Virus record (IMG/VR): IMGVR_UViG_3300030330_002762
Length of the DNA stretch: 64,000 bases
Direction: 5' to 3' (one strand)
Source of the DNA: an uncultured virus (IMG/VR IMGVR_UViG_3300030330_002762)
Taxonomy: Duplodnaviria; Heunggongvirae; Uroviricota; Caudoviricetes
Part shown: positions 1-9,645 of the stretch, one piece after another
Position numbering within the stretch: position 1 is the first letter of the stretch
How the letters are laid out: each line of letters starts with the position of its first letter
Program-made: the position numbers and the translations under genes
The notes under the pieces: generated by a model
The model's database searches: none
Told to the model about the DNA's origin: nothing
The model's input: the letters and a program-made list of their open reading frames with translations, nothing else

Positions 1-342
1 TCCAACTCCACATCCTGATAACAATAGAAACATTATCTCGTTGAAAGCATCTAAGCTATCAACAGGTAAATAAGAGCAGTTATATAATCTATTAGGAGAG
101 ATTTCAATTGGCTTTCCAGCAAACTGTAAACTTCTCATAGATGGTAGTATTTGTTTTGTAAATACATAACTATATGCTTTTCTTATTTCAACCTCCAGCT
201 CTGGGTATTTCTTAATATGCATTGCCATATTTCTATCTACTAATTCTTCCCAAGTTTCTCTACGTTTTAACTCGGGATTGTACTTAGCGTATTTCATATG
301 AACAGTGATATCAGACAAAATGTTACTATTAATTTCTTTCAT
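1..342 (-). CDS. nrdJ: Class II (B12-dependent) ribonucleotide reductase, N-terminal part (runs off window start)
   Basis: Hand translation from ATG 342: MKEINSNILSDITVHMKYAKY..RRETWEELVDR..LPSMRSLQFAG..NCSYLPVD..FLLLSGCGVG, typical of monomeric RTPR-type NrdJ. Confidence 0.9.
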   Translation of the reverse strand, partial: MKEINSNILSDITVHMKYAKYNPELKRRETWEELVDRNMAMHIKKYPELEVEIRKAYSYVFTKQILPSMRSLQFAGKPIEISPNRLYNCSYLPVDSLDAFNEIMFLLLSGCGVG

Positions 343-485
343 TATCGTTTTTTTCTTTTAAATATTGTTAAACAAAAATCTACAAGTGGTAGATATATTA
401 CGTGGTTTTGTTTGTTACGTTCGGTATAACTTCTCATGCCTATAAGTATACCAGGATAAAATCCTACACTAAATTCCCAATTCAT
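342..485 (-). CDS. Small hypothetical protein (47 aa)
   Basis: Hand translation MNWEFSVGFYPGILIGMRSY...; fills the gap exactly, TAATG-coupled to nrdJ. Confidence 0.6.
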   Translation of the reverse strand: MNWEFSVGFYPGILIGMRSYTERNKQNHVIYLPLVDFCLTIFKRKKR

Positions 486-486
486 A

Positions 487-927
487 TTATTTGTTTTTAG
501 TTATTAACTCTATTACCTGATCACATTCTTTTTGGTTCTGAGGCTTATATAAAGTCACATAAGGTCTTGAAATATTAATCATTCTCTTAAACAGTTTCCA
601 TCTCATTGGAAAACTTTCGTTCGCTCGACCTTTACACTCTATTATAAATTTCTCATTTACAAAATCTGGTGTATACTTAATTGGTAATACTTTTTTATTT
701 CCTCTGTTTTTAAATTCTCCTTTTCCATTAGATTGTCTTTCATAACTATCAATTTCAAAATTAAATCCGTCTATTAAGGTAAACGTCTCACCTTCATATT
801 CAGCTTTTATTTTAGCTTTCTTTAAAGCTTGATACATATACCTTTCTAGACCAGAGGCGAAGGTTATACCGTCAAACATAACCTTCTTAGACCTAACAGG
901 TCCTTTCTTTTTACGTCTCTTTCTCAT
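487..927 (-). CDS. PD-(D/E)xK nuclease, T7 endonuclease I / Holliday-junction resolvase-like
   Basis: FASGLE..YTPDF..IIECKG motifs. Confidence 0.75.
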   Translation of the reverse strand: MRKRRKKKGPVRSKKVMFDGITFASGLERYMYQALKKAKIKAEYEGETFTLIDGFNFEIDSYERQSNGKGEFKNRGNKKVLPIKYTPDFVNEKFIIECKGRANESFPMRWKLFKRMINISRPYVTLYKPQNQKECDQVIELITKNK

Positions 928-1195
928 CTAAAAATTCTTTAAGTTCTTCCTGAGCGGTCTGTATATACAGAATTGCATCCATCAGTTCTTCTTGAATATC
1001 AATTAGATACTTCATAAGACCTTTCATTTTCGTTGTTCTCTCTTCATGAAGAGTCGTGCCATACTTAGCGTAACCAGCGTCTGATCGGTCTCTAAATTTT
1101 TGTACCACACGTTTTACAACAGGATCTCTAAACTCACCGTTATAATCGTTTCGGCTTTTAAACCCTTGTGCTTCTATTATTTCTCTACTACTCAT
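911..1195 (-). CDS. Conserved phage protein, possibly all-alpha NTP pyrophosphatase-like
   Basis: KYGTTL..QEELMDAILY pattern; adjacent to MazG and TS homologs. Confidence 0.45.
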   Translation of the reverse strand: MSSREIIEAQGFKSRNDYNGEFRDPVVKRVVQKFRDRSDAGYAKYGTTLHEERTTKMKGLMKYLIDIQEELMDAILYIQTAQEELKEFLDEKET

Positions 1196-1198
1196 ATA

Positions 1199-2023
1199 TT
1201 AATCTTTTACAAATGTTCCATTTTTCATTTTACCAGTTCTATTACTTATTTCAGCGTAAGCTCTTTCAACACACTCTTCAATTGATGTATCTAATAACTC
1301 AGCTAAATTAGTTAGTACAACAACACAGTCACCAATACCATCCATAGCATCTTCTTTGTTTTGTTTAAGTATAGCTCGACAAGTCTCACCAACCTCCTCA
1401 ACTAGTTTTAATGATTGAGTTTTAGGATCTCCATTAGCATATATACCTCTTTCTTCAGCCCAGTCTCTAATCATATCAAAATAGAAAACAGTATCATCTT
1501 CATGTTCGTATAAGGCTTCTTTAAATGGAAGTTCATCGATTTCATTCTTGTATTTTTTGTGGTCTAAATACTTAATCATAGCTTTGTTGTAAACATAACA
1601 CCTATCATTATTAAACATAGATGTCTTAGCGTTTTTAACTATCCATTTAGCTAAATCAGTATCTAAATAAACACTACCATGCTCTGTGTCCCAGCGCATT
1701 TCAAGATTGTCCATCAACTGGCCTTTCAGTTTGTTGAGTGGACACGGAAACGTAGTAGTTTGTTCCGTAACGTTTATTTTCATATTTTTTAATTTTAAAT
1801 TAACACTCAGTTCATTGTATGGTTTTAAATCAACTCTATAACCATACTCTTTTTGAAGTTCTATTTCACGTTTAGATATATAATCTATATCATCAGATGA
1901 TTCAAGAACTTCATACTCACCTACCTCGTAACCTTGTTGTTGTTCAACTCGATTATATAAATCGTTTGTAACACCGATCTTTTTTCCTGGTATGTGGTAT
2001 ATTATATATTTATTATCTATCAT
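1199..2023 (-). CDS. MazG-like nucleotide pyrophosphohydrolase with N-terminal GIY-YIG-like segment
   Basis: C-term WAEERGI..KLVEEVGE..DGIGD..GTFVKD; N-term YIIYH..KIGVTNDLYNR. Confidence 0.8.
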   Translation of the reverse strand: MIDNKYIIYHIPGKKIGVTNDLYNRVEQQQGYEVGEYEVLESSDDIDYISKREIELQKEYGYRVDLKPYNELSVNLKLKNMKINVTEQTTTFPCPLNKLKGQLMDNLEMRWDTEHGSVYLDTDLAKWIVKNAKTSMFNNDRCYVYNKAMIKYLDHKKYKNEIDELPFKEALYEHEDDTVFYFDMIRDWAEERGIYANGDPKTQSLKLVEEVGETCRAILKQNKEDAMDGIGDCVVVLTNLAELLDTSIEECVERAYAEISNRTGKMKNGTFVKD

Positions 2024-2670
2024 AGCTTTTCAATTATATTATCATAAAGATGTAAGTTGTGTGCAAAATGGTAGTAACTACCTATTAATAAACCCGTCTC
2101 TGTAGCAACTAATTCTTGTAACTTAGAGAAACAGTATTGGTCATTACAGAAACCGTACCAAAGGTCGTTAGAACGCATAGTAACACACATGTTAAGATGT
2201 TGAGCTACAATTGTAAATTGAATAGCGTAAGTGCATGGCGTATCTTTTTCATACATGTACCCTTCTTTACGATCGTATATAGATATTGCAGCCTGTCTAG
2301 TTCTTGGATTTGTTTTTAATAAATCTATAACTTCATCTAACTGATCACTTCGTTTCCACTGCCAACCATAATTAGAATTAACATAACCTTCTTTATCAGC
2401 CATACGCTTCCATATCTCAGGTACTTTACCGTATAGCTCTCTTAACTTGCTTATGTTATTGTCACCAGATAAATACCATTGCCATTCAGCTTCAGCATAA
2501 TCCCATTTCCAGTTGCGATCTTGATCTTTAATTAAATTATCCATTGGGTTTTCTATTTCAAAGCCAACATTAAATAACGCTTGCGTATTATCAAACTCAA
2601 TACCATATTCTGGTATTTGCCATTTGTAATACTTAAAAGCTTCATTTGCGTTTTTAAATTTATTCTCCAT
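2020..2670 (-). CDS. Thymidylate synthase-family enzyme of the dCMP (hydroxy)methylase type
   Basis: TPC catalytic Cys, RSNDLWYGFCND, HNLHLY; likely start MENKFKN at 2670. Confidence 0.85.
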   Translation of the reverse strand: MENKFKNANEAFKYYKWQIPEYGIEFDNTQALFNVGFEIENPMDNLIKDQDRNWKWDYAEAEWQWYLSGDNNISKLRELYGKVPEIWKRMADKEGYVNSNYGWQWKRSDQLDEVIDLLKTNPRTRQAAISIYDRKEGYMYEKDTPCTYAIQFTIVAQHLNMCVTMRSNDLWYGFCNDQYCFSKLQELVATETGLLIGSYYHFAHNLHLYDNIIEKL

Positions 2671-2923
2671 CTTTTTTATATTTATTATAATAGTAATCAC
2701 AGTATTCATACACCTTGTGCATAATACTTTCCTTCATGTACTTGTTGGGATCAGTGTTCGTTTTACCGTTTATTGTTATTTCCACTGTCCAATTACCGTA
2801 GTCTTTGTTCCAAAGAGGAATTGGTCCTATTCTTATCCCGTTATTAAGACACCAACTATAAGACGTTAAGTCATCTCTGGTGTGTTGAGGGTATTTACCG
2901 TGTTCTTCTTTTAACTTTCCCAT
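2660..2923 (-). CDS. Hypothetical protein
   Basis: ORF in operon, overlaps both neighbours. Confidence 0.65.
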   Translation of the reverse strand: MGKLKEEHGKYPQHTRDDLTSYSWCLNNGIRIGPIPLWNKDYGNWTVEITINGKTNTDPNKYMKESIMHKVYEYCDYYYNKYKKDGE

Positions 2924-4632
2924 GGTAATGCTCCAACATCAGCTGTATCAGTTACTAACGGTATGTAACTACCTGATTTTGGCTCCCAATTAAAATGAGC
3001 TTCAGCTTGATTCTCACCTAGGTTTTGAAACTTAACCTTTAAGACTTTAACTTTAACTGTTTGAGCTTCATAATCTCTATGAACTAAAAGCCCGTGATAA
3101 CTAGCATCATACCATTCTCCACCACCTTTAATACTGTACATCGTAGGTTCTTCAATTTTACCTTCTTTGTCTCTGTACATTTTAGTAGGGTGAGCAACAA
3201 CCATAACTAACACATCATACTTTTTAGCAAATGTCTCGATCTTAGTTAAATACTCCATGGTATAACGATTAACATCTTCAGTCTTACAGTCAACATCTCT
3301 AATCTTATTAAAAGGATCAATGACTAAACATTTAATACCTTTACGTTTTACAAGCTCAGCGCCTTTACGTAACACATCTTCAAGAGTATATCTATCCATA
3401 TCAATAAAGAAATAATTATCATTAATATGTTCAGTAACTTGTTTCCATTTATCACTACCAACATCATCTTTTGTTGGCATTCCTTCCCATGTCTTACGTA
3501 TTAGCTTGTGAGCGTGTAGGAAATTAGGTTTGTTTTCTGGAGATGCAAATGCTGTTTTCCATCCATAATTTCTATTATAACCTATACACATTTGGTCTAC
3601 AAAATCTGACTTACCAGATGATGGTATACCTGTAACAGTTATAAACTGTGAGGTGTATGTAGAGAATATTCTATCAAAATTCTCTAAACCAACTTGATAA
3701 CCAGGTTTGAAACCATTGTGTACAAAGTCGAGTAAATCAGCTTCTATATCTTTAAGAGTTGAAACCCCTTCTAATGGAACTTGAGTTGCAGATGTTATAA
3801 CTTTTTTAAGTTCTTCTGCTCCGTGTTCTACTAAAAAGTCATTAGCATCTTTATTACCATTGAAATCTACTAAATAACAAACTTCAGCACCAAGACGTCT
3901 AATCAACTCATATCTTAAAGCTTGACCAGCTTCATCAGCATCGACTGCTAATATAACTTTATTCTTGTCTTCAAAATAATCAATACAATTATCTAGATAA
4001 TCTAGATTATTACTGTTTAACGTGGCACCGTTAGGAACTGATATCACATTTTTAATTCCAGCTTCGTGTAATGCTAACGCATCCATTTCACCTTCAGTGA
4101 TAACGCACCAGTCATATCCTACAATACTATTTATATTGTAGAATATCTTTTCAGCACCTTTATATAGTTTAAAATTCTTTCTTCCATCTCTATACTTTAT
4201 ATTAACAAGTTCATCACCCATAATATAATTAAACTGTATAGTATTTTCTTTCTGGCCAGTTTGAGGCATAAACTCTTCACCCGTTGTGACACACAAGTCA
4301 TCTAACGTTTGTTGAGTTATACCTCTAGTTTTAAACCACTCAACAGCCTTGTCTTTAACTGGTTCAAATACTTCAACCGGTATTGGCTTTACATATTCTC
4401 TAGTCGCATTACCTTTGCGCTGATACGTATGTAATTGAAAACTAGTATCACAGTTGTGACAAGTGCCGAGACCACGTTCCCAATCATAAGAAGCGCATTG
4501 TAGCTTTCTATTTTTGGGCTGTCTAGTGTGAGAGCACAAAGGACATATGCCTTGAGTACTCCCAGGTTTTAGACTGTATTGATTGAATTTATCAATCAAG
4601 AATCCATTGATCTCTGTGTTTTCTATATTCAT
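2911..4632 (-). CDS. T7 gp4/Twinkle-like DNA primase-helicase
   Basis: N-term CPLC..CHNC Zn ribbon, TOPRIM ITEGEMD..DAD, Walker A TGIPSSGKS, VIDP, AHP. Confidence 0.95.
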   Translation of the reverse strand: MNIENTEINGFLIDKFNQYSLKPGSTQGICPLCSHTRQPKNRKLQCASYDWERGLGTCHNCDTSFQLHTYQRKGNATREYVKPIPVEVFEPVKDKAVEWFKTRGITQQTLDDLCVTTGEEFMPQTGQKENTIQFNYIMGDELVNIKYRDGRKNFKLYKGAEKIFYNINSIVGYDWCVITEGEMDALALHEAGIKNVISVPNGATLNSNNLDYLDNCIDYFEDKNKVILAVDADEAGQALRYELIRRLGAEVCYLVDFNGNKDANDFLVEHGAEELKKVITSATQVPLEGVSTLKDIEADLLDFVHNGFKPGYQVGLENFDRIFSTYTSQFITVTGIPSSGKSDFVDQMCIGYNRNYGWKTAFASPENKPNFLHAHKLIRKTWEGMPTKDDVGSDKWKQVTEHINDNYFFIDMDRYTLEDVLRKGAELVKRKGIKCLVIDPFNKIRDVDCKTEDVNRYTMEYLTKIETFAKKYDVLVMVVAHPTKMYRDKEGKIEEPTMYSIKGGGEWYDASYHGLLVHRDYEAQTVKVKVLKVKFQNLGENQAEAHFNWEPKSGSYIPLVTDTADVGALPWES

Positions 4633-4635
4633 ATG

Positions 4636-4941
4636 TTAAAACGGTAAATCTTCTTGTTTTACAGGTGCTGGTTCAGCTGCTGGTTGATTATCTCTTGGAG
4701 CAGGAGCTACGTTTTCTCCATTAGTCCAAATTACTCTAGCATTACCAAGATAAGTTTTAGCCTGCTTAGACTCTCTTTCTTCTTTGGTTTGCTCAACAAC
4801 TACTGGACCTTGATTGCCAAATTGATCGACCTCATCATTCAGTGTTATTGTTATTGGTAGGTACTTGCCTTTCTTCCCTACAAATATTTTATCTTTCGGT
4901 ATTTCAGAAAGATTTATAGAAGTTTTTATTATACTTGCCAT
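4636..4941 (-). CDS. Putative single-stranded DNA-binding protein
   Basis: Small beta-rich protein with acidic DLPF C-terminal tail, in replication cluster. Confidence 0.65.
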   Translation of the reverse strand: MASIIKTSINLSEIPKDKIFVGKKGKYLPITITLNDEVDQFGNQGPVVVEQTKEERESKQAKTYLGNARVIWTNGENVAPAPRDNQPAAEPAPVKQEDLPF

Positions 4942-4943
4942 AT

Positions 4944-5138
4944 TTATCCATTTATTAAGTTAACTAATTCTTTTACTTTATCTACAGATACACCCAGTGT
5001 TCTTCTTAGATTATCCATTTGCTTAGAATACGGATGTAAACCATCTTTAGAGCTATTGTTGACATAAAAGTTCTTGTTATTAGCTCTAAGTCTTTTGCCT
5101 GATATACTACAGGTCTTCATTTTATAAGCTGTCGCCAT
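4944..5138 (-). CDS. Hypothetical protein
   Basis: ORF tightly packed in operon. Confidence 0.6.
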   Translation of the reverse strand: MATAYKMKTCSISGKRLRANNKNFYVNNSSKDGLHPYSKQMDNLRRTLGVSVDKVKELVNLING

Positions 5139-5142
5139 AGGT

Positions 5143-5889
5143 TTATAAGGTTTTAGTTATTAAATACTGCTTACTGTCAAAATCATCTGTCTTATAAAAC
5201 AGGTCGTACGCGTCAGTAGCTTTACGTACTTTGTCCATGCCGGACGTGTAAAAATCACCAGAACAGTCGAACAATCCTATTTGTAATGTTTCTTTGTCTA
5301 TTACCATAAACAGCATCTCATAATCAAATAGGAGTCTATAGATATAAGCTTGACTATCATAGTTAAACTTAGAAGCAGACCATCTAAACTTATCTATATC
5401 ACTAGTAGTTTTTAGGTCTATAACTAACCGTTCATCATGGTTAATAATATCCGCCTTACCTTTCCAGTTGTTACCAAATATCTCAGTGTAACCTGGAACT
5501 TCATATTCAATAGTACCGTCACCTAGAGGATCGGGGCCATTAATTAGCTCTCTGCAAATTTTATTATCCATAACAGCTTCTCTCATTAATTCTATTTTAT
5601 CAACTTCGTGTTGAAGTAAACAGATCTCTCCTCCAGACATTTCTTTATATTGCTTAGTATTCCTAGTTGTAGACTTAATAATCTTGAATTTATCAAGTTT
5701 ATCAGGTTCTAGTATTGCAGTGTGAAAATAACCTCCTATCACCATTGCTGATGTCTTTGGTTTATCTTCTCTTAACAACCTAGGATTTTTAAGTAATATA
5801 GATATATCTGAATTACTCAAGAACTGTTTACCATAATCTCCATAGTAATGTTCGTCCTGTTTTAGTTTTTCAATTATTTTTTTATCCAT
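5143..5889 (-). CDS. RecE/exonuclease VIII-like PD-(D/E)xK exonuclease
   Basis: LSNSDI, G..FHTAILEP, KGKAD..VIDLKTT, YDSQAYIY. Confidence 0.85.
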   Translation of the reverse strand: MDKKIIEKLKQDEHYYGDYGKQFLSNSDISILLKNPRLLREDKPKTSAMVIGGYFHTAILEPDKLDKFKIIKSTTRNTKQYKEMSGGEICLLQHEVDKIELMREAVMDNKICRELINGPDPLGDGTIEYEVPGYTEIFGNNWKGKADIINHDERLVIDLKTTSDIDKFRWSASKFNYDSQAYIYRLLFDYEMLFMVIDKETLQIGLFDCSGDFYTSGMDKVRKATDAYDLFYKTDDFDSKQYLITKTL

Positions 5890-6455
5890 TAATTAGACAT
5901 TTTTATTCTTGTTAATCCTGATTTTTGGTCTGGTGTAACATCATACTTAGACTCGATAGCAGTAATAGCTCCTCCTCCTTTAACAAACTCAACGGCTTTC
6001 TTATACTGTTCTTCAGTCATTTTAGCTTTAGCAAATCCCATATTTTGAGTAAGCTGTGCTGCTTTCCCATGACTATTAGTCGAGTCAGCATCGGCTGTAT
6101 CATCAATTAGAAATAAGTTGCCTAGTGCATACTTTTTCCCGTAAGATGAAGCTGCTCCAAATTGTTGAGCCGTTTGCATACCTTTTTGATTAAGGTCTAC
6201 ACCGACTATTGCCGTAGCTGTAATTGAATTTTCGCCATCAGAAATCGTGGCCGTTGATTGAATTGTAGGGGGTGTATCGTGAATCAACTCTTCGTCGACT
6301 CTTACCGACACACCTTCTCTAAGTAAAAAAGGCTTTACTGCCTCGAGTATATCCTCAGCTTTACGGAAATAGTATTTTCCGAAAGAATTATATGAGGATT
6401 TTTTTGCTTTTAGTTCTGTCTGTATGACAGCTAATTTTTGGTTTAAATTCTTCAT
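5889..6455 (-). CDS. ERF-family ssDNA annealing protein
   Basis: NSFGKYYFR.AEDILEAVKP, Q.FGAASSYGKKYALGNLFLIDD.ADAD. Confidence 0.9.
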   Translation of the reverse strand: MKNLNQKLAVIQTELKAKKSSYNSFGKYYFRKAEDILEAVKPFLLREGVSVRVDEELIHDTPPTIQSTATISDGENSITATAIVGVDLNQKGMQTAQQFGAASSYGKKYALGNLFLIDDTADADSTNSHGKAAQLTQNMGFAKAKMTEEQYKKAVEFVKGGGAITAIESKYDVTPDQKSGLTRIKMSN

Positions 6456-6472
6456 GGTTTATTGGTTTTAGT

Positions 6473-6490
6473 CTATATATATAATCACAT
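6473..6490 (-). promoter_or_regulatory. Putative middle/late promoter motif (TGTRAYWAY class)
   Basis: ATGTGATTATATATATAG upstream of ERF, right after the sigma gene. Confidence 0.55.
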
Positions 6491-6528
6491 AAGATTATTG
6501 TTTTTTACATTGGTGAATCACTCTTAAC

Positions 6529-7287
6529 TTACAGATAGTCAACTACTTGCGAGTAAGGAACCTTCTCTATTAACTTGTCAATTGCAAGCTTTTTTAATTG
6601 CGATATACGCACATAAGAACTAGTACCTTTTATGCCTAGTATGCTAGCTATTTCCTTTGCTGAGTGCTTCTTACAGTCAAGTCCGTAGGATAATCTAAGC
6701 ACTTGATATTCTTTTGGGTTTAAGTAGTTTAACATTAAGCTTTTTAAGTAAGCTGATAGCATTTCTACGTTATACTCTTTAACACTGTCAGGTATATTAT
6801 ATGCAGCAGCTTGTTGTTCTGGTGTACCAGCATCCAAGCTTGTAAACACAGAGTTAAAAAACATAGATACCATACGTTTATCTTCACCAAAATCTTTACG
6901 TATCTCGTTAAGTTTATGCTCTGGTATACGCATGCTGCCTCTATTTGTATCAATACCTCTACGTATAGCTCCTTTTATTCTTTTAGCTAAAAATGATTTT
7001 AATCTTTTAGGTTTGTTTTCTGCTTCTAAAACCGTGTCCCACTCTATCCTGTTGACACCGGCACACAAGCCTAAATTACCTTCTTGTATTATATCCATAA
7101 TGCTCATCACGCCACTAGCTTGTTGAGCTGTTGAAAATTTTCTTGCTAGTTTTTCGACTAAAGGTAAGAATCTAGTTATTAATTCATCTTTAGTTAAATT
7201 CTCATAAGGTTTATCTGGCAATCTTTTTATAGCAGCGGCCATGTCATTTTTATATCTTATATAATTTTGTACGTGATATTTCTTCAT
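6529..7287 (-). CDS. Phage sigma70-family RNA polymerase sigma factor
   Basis: Region 2 LPLVEKLARKF..MDIIQEGNLGL..RIKGAIRR, MRIP; region 4 LNPKEYQVLRLSYGL..KEIA..RISQLKKLAIDKL. Confidence 0.9.
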   Translation of the reverse strand: MKKYHVQNYIRYKNDMAAAIKRLPDKPYENLTKDELITRFLPLVEKLARKFSTAQQASGVMSIMDIIQEGNLGLCAGVNRIEWDTVLEAENKPKRLKSFLAKRIKGAIRRGIDTNRGSMRIPEHKLNEIRKDFGEDKRMVSMFFNSVFTSLDAGTPEQQAAAYNIPDSVKEYNVEMLSAYLKSLMLNYLNPKEYQVLRLSYGLDCKKHSAKEIASILGIKGTSSYVRISQLKKLAIDKLIEKVPYSQVVDYL

Positions 7288-7916
7288 ATTTCATTATTTA
7301 AATTTGCTTTTTCTTGTTTTAACTCATTACACATATGTCTATGTATAGTTCTTGATGTACACTTTAAGCTTTTAGCTAATTTAGCTATAGTTATTTTTTC
7401 ACCACTATCGTTTAAAAGTAGCATACTGTCATAAATATCTTCTTTCTTTATACCGTTTAATCTACCTATCAACTTGCCAACTATGCTTAACTTTTCTGAC
7501 TTACTCAAACCACAATTAGGCTTGAATACTATTTTTCTAAGTTTATTTCTTGGTGGCTCATCTAGGTCCATCACACTAATATCATTAATTAATCTAGCTA
7601 CATTCCATCTGTTTATAGTAAAAGTAGTGAAACCGTTATATTTATCAACTATATACATGGCTATGTCCATAGCGTCGTGTTCTGTCCAATTAGGATTTAA
7701 ATACCACAACACTAACATGTGCCACTTAAAAGATCTATAGGTTGTGATCTTCGCTTTACTTCTAAATAAATCATAGCACTGGTATGTACCTTGCTTATAA
7801 AACATGTATGTATCTGTTTCTTCATCAGGTATGTCTGTTATAGGATTTCTTCTACATATAACACGTTTGTCCCATAAGTATTTAAATCTTCTTTCCATGT
7901 AGTCTATGTATGACAT
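7284..7916 (-). CDS. Protein with C-terminal helix-turn-helix (regulator or replication initiator-like)
   Basis: C-term KITIAKLAKSLKCTSRTIHRHM. Confidence 0.65.
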   Translation of the reverse strand: MSYIDYMERRFKYLWDKRVICRRNPITDIPDEETDTYMFYKQGTYQCYDLFRSKAKITTYRSFKWHMLVLWYLNPNWTEHDAMDIAMYIVDKYNGFTTFTINRWNVARLINDISVMDLDEPPRNKLRKIVFKPNCGLSKSEKLSIVGKLIGRLNGIKKEDIYDSMLLLNDSGEKITIAKLAKSLKCTSRTIHRHMCNELKQEKANLNNEI

Positions 7917-7959
7917 TAGCCTATTACTATATAGTTATTTAAGGCTTTTGTCACAGTTT
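7911..7959. promoter_or_regulatory. Palindromic operator-like site A (TGACATTAGC-N28-TGTCACAGTTT)
   Basis: Inverted arms TGACA..AGCCT / AGGCT..TGTCA overlap the ATG of the HTH gene; second copy at 13892-13941. Confidence 0.6.
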
Positions 7960-8063
7960 GGTTTTAATGTTCCTGTTATTAGTCTCATTCTTTTATGAAA
8001 CCAATGATTCTTATTCCATCGGTTGTTGTGTTCAACAACTTTTATTATTAGTCTTTTATTCAT
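7935..8063 (-). CDS. Small basic hypothetical protein (42 aa)
   Basis: Hand translation MNKRLIIKVVEHNNRWNK...; overlaps ligase stop. Confidence 0.4.
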   Translation of the reverse strand: MNKRLIIKVVEHNNRWNKNHWFHKRMRLITGTLKPNCDKSLK

Positions 8064-8931
8064 AATTTCTTAAACATTTAAATAATGGGTGCCTATAGCT
8101 CCCAGCTTTAGTTCTTTCAAAGTATGTAAAGGTAGCACGCTGACCCATATATTCATGGATATTAGCAAGCATTAGTGCAAGATCTTTATAATTATGACCT
8201 TTACCTGGTGGACAACCGAATTGATTTCCATCATCATCTTGCATTATAAACTTACCTAGCGTGCCGGTTCTTTTGCCTTTACCCTCTTCATAACCAACAA
8301 TATCAGCTTCAGCGTCGCTGAAATCTTTGAATTTTCTAAGACTATGTGACCTCTTACATTGGTAAGGTGTATCTAGTCTTACAATAGAACCCTCATAACC
8401 AGCTGCTAAATTTCTAGCATGGTAAACTCTAGCATCATCTTCTCTAAAAACTTGATTAGTTGGTACTAGTTTTATACAATGATTTGACTGTAAATTACTT
8501 CTAAGCCAATCATCACGTTCACTGAACACTAAATTAGTTGGTTCACCTTTGTTGTTGCCTAGATAAACATCTATAACATCATAACAATGAAATTGTACGT
8601 GTTTTTCTGATATAGATCGATCCTCGTCAGTTGGTTTTGTTTTTCTGACCATAGATATTATAGACTCAAAATCGTCCTTAAAATCATGATTATATAATTC
8701 GCCGTCGAGTACAACGTTTGGATTCCAGTGAAAGAATGGTTTTAGATTAAAAAGTATGTGGTCGATATTCTTCCACACTTTACCTGTACGTGAGTACGCG
8801 GTTACTTGGCCATTGTCACACTGTATTAAGCATCTAACACCATCTAATTTTGGTTGTATAAATACTGGTTTACTATAGTCTATTGGTTTCGCGCTTACTG
8901 GATAAGCTAACATTGGTTTATTCCTCATCAT
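8056..8931 (-). CDS. ATP-dependent DNA ligase
   Basis: Motif I QPKLDGVR, LDGELY, FHCYDV, YEGSIVR, KFK, RHP. Confidence 0.95.
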   Translation of the reverse strand: MMRNKPMLAYPVSAKPIDYSKPVFIQPKLDGVRCLIQCDNGQVTAYSRTGKVWKNIDHILFNLKPFFHWNPNVVLDGELYNHDFKDDFESIISMVRKTKPTDEDRSISEKHVQFHCYDVIDVYLGNNKGEPTNLVFSERDDWLRSNLQSNHCIKLVPTNQVFREDDARVYHARNLAAGYEGSIVRLDTPYQCKRSHSLRKFKDFSDAEADIVGYEEGKGKRTGTLGKFIMQDDDGNQFGCPPGKGHNYKDLALMLANIHEYMGQRATFTYFERTKAGSYRHPLFKCLRNYE

Positions 8932-9202
8932 CTTCTAAATTTGTTAAATCAGAATCAATAGATATATTTAATTTATCTGTTAATTCCATTATTCTTATTT
9001 TCATTATAGCACATTTTTCGTACTCTTCACGATCTAAGTATAAATTCTGAAGAGTGACACAGCGTGCTAACTCACCGATAGTGTGGTCTCTCATATTCTC
9101 TTCAATCCAATCCTCAGCGTCAGTTTCTTTAGCTAACCGTATCAACTCTTCAGCTATAAATCTACCTAGTCGTTTTAAATTATCATCTTTTATATTATCC
9201 AT
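8918..9202 (-). CDS. Hypothetical protein with UVR-like motif
   Basis: REEYEKCAIMKIRI. Confidence 0.6.
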   Translation of the reverse strand: MDNIKDDNLKRLGRFIAEELIRLAKETDAEDWIEENMRDHTIGELARCVTLQNLYLDREEYEKCAIMKIRIMELTDKLNISIDSDLTNLEDDEE

Positions 9203-9224
9203 GGGTTATCGTATTTAATTTGTG
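9191..9224 (-). promoter_or_regulatory. Early promoter-like motif, copy 1
   Basis: CACAAATTAAATACGA-N9-GATAATATA on minus strand. Confidence 0.75.
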
Positions 9225-9644
9225 TTATCCTTGATAGTATTTCTTTAATAAATCTCTAGGTTTTCCTACAAATATACATTCATCACCATCAAATATACTA
9301 ATCCATATGCCTTTATTGTAATCACCCCACACATAATAATGGTAATCTATCCACCCATGTGTACCTCTATCTTCAATATATACGTTACCTGGACCATCTT
9401 TTAGTTCAGCTACTATTGAAGCGGCTAAACAACCCAATCCAGCAAACACATAATCTGGGTCATCTTTACTTGATATTCCATTGGTTATTTTCATATCATC
9501 AAGATAAGACGCTAGTGTCACACCCAATCCTTCAGGATATCCATCCCAGTGGTGGTAAATGTCCACAATTGTCTTGTCTGGAATCTCGCTAAACGATACT
9601 CCTTCTTCACGTTTAGCAATACTTATCATTGCTCTTGTTGCCAT
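9225..9644 (-). CDS. Conserved phage hypothetical protein
   Basis: MATRA..IYHHWDGYP.GLG pattern seen in phage early proteins. Confidence 0.75.
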   Translation of the reverse strand: MATRAMISIAKREEGVSFSEIPDKTIVDIYHHWDGYPEGLGVTLASYLDDMKITNGISSKDDPDYVFAGLGCLAASIVAELKDGPGNVYIEDRGTHGWIDYHYYVWGDYNKGIWISIFDGDECIFVGKPRDLLKKYYQG

Positions 9645-9645
9645 A

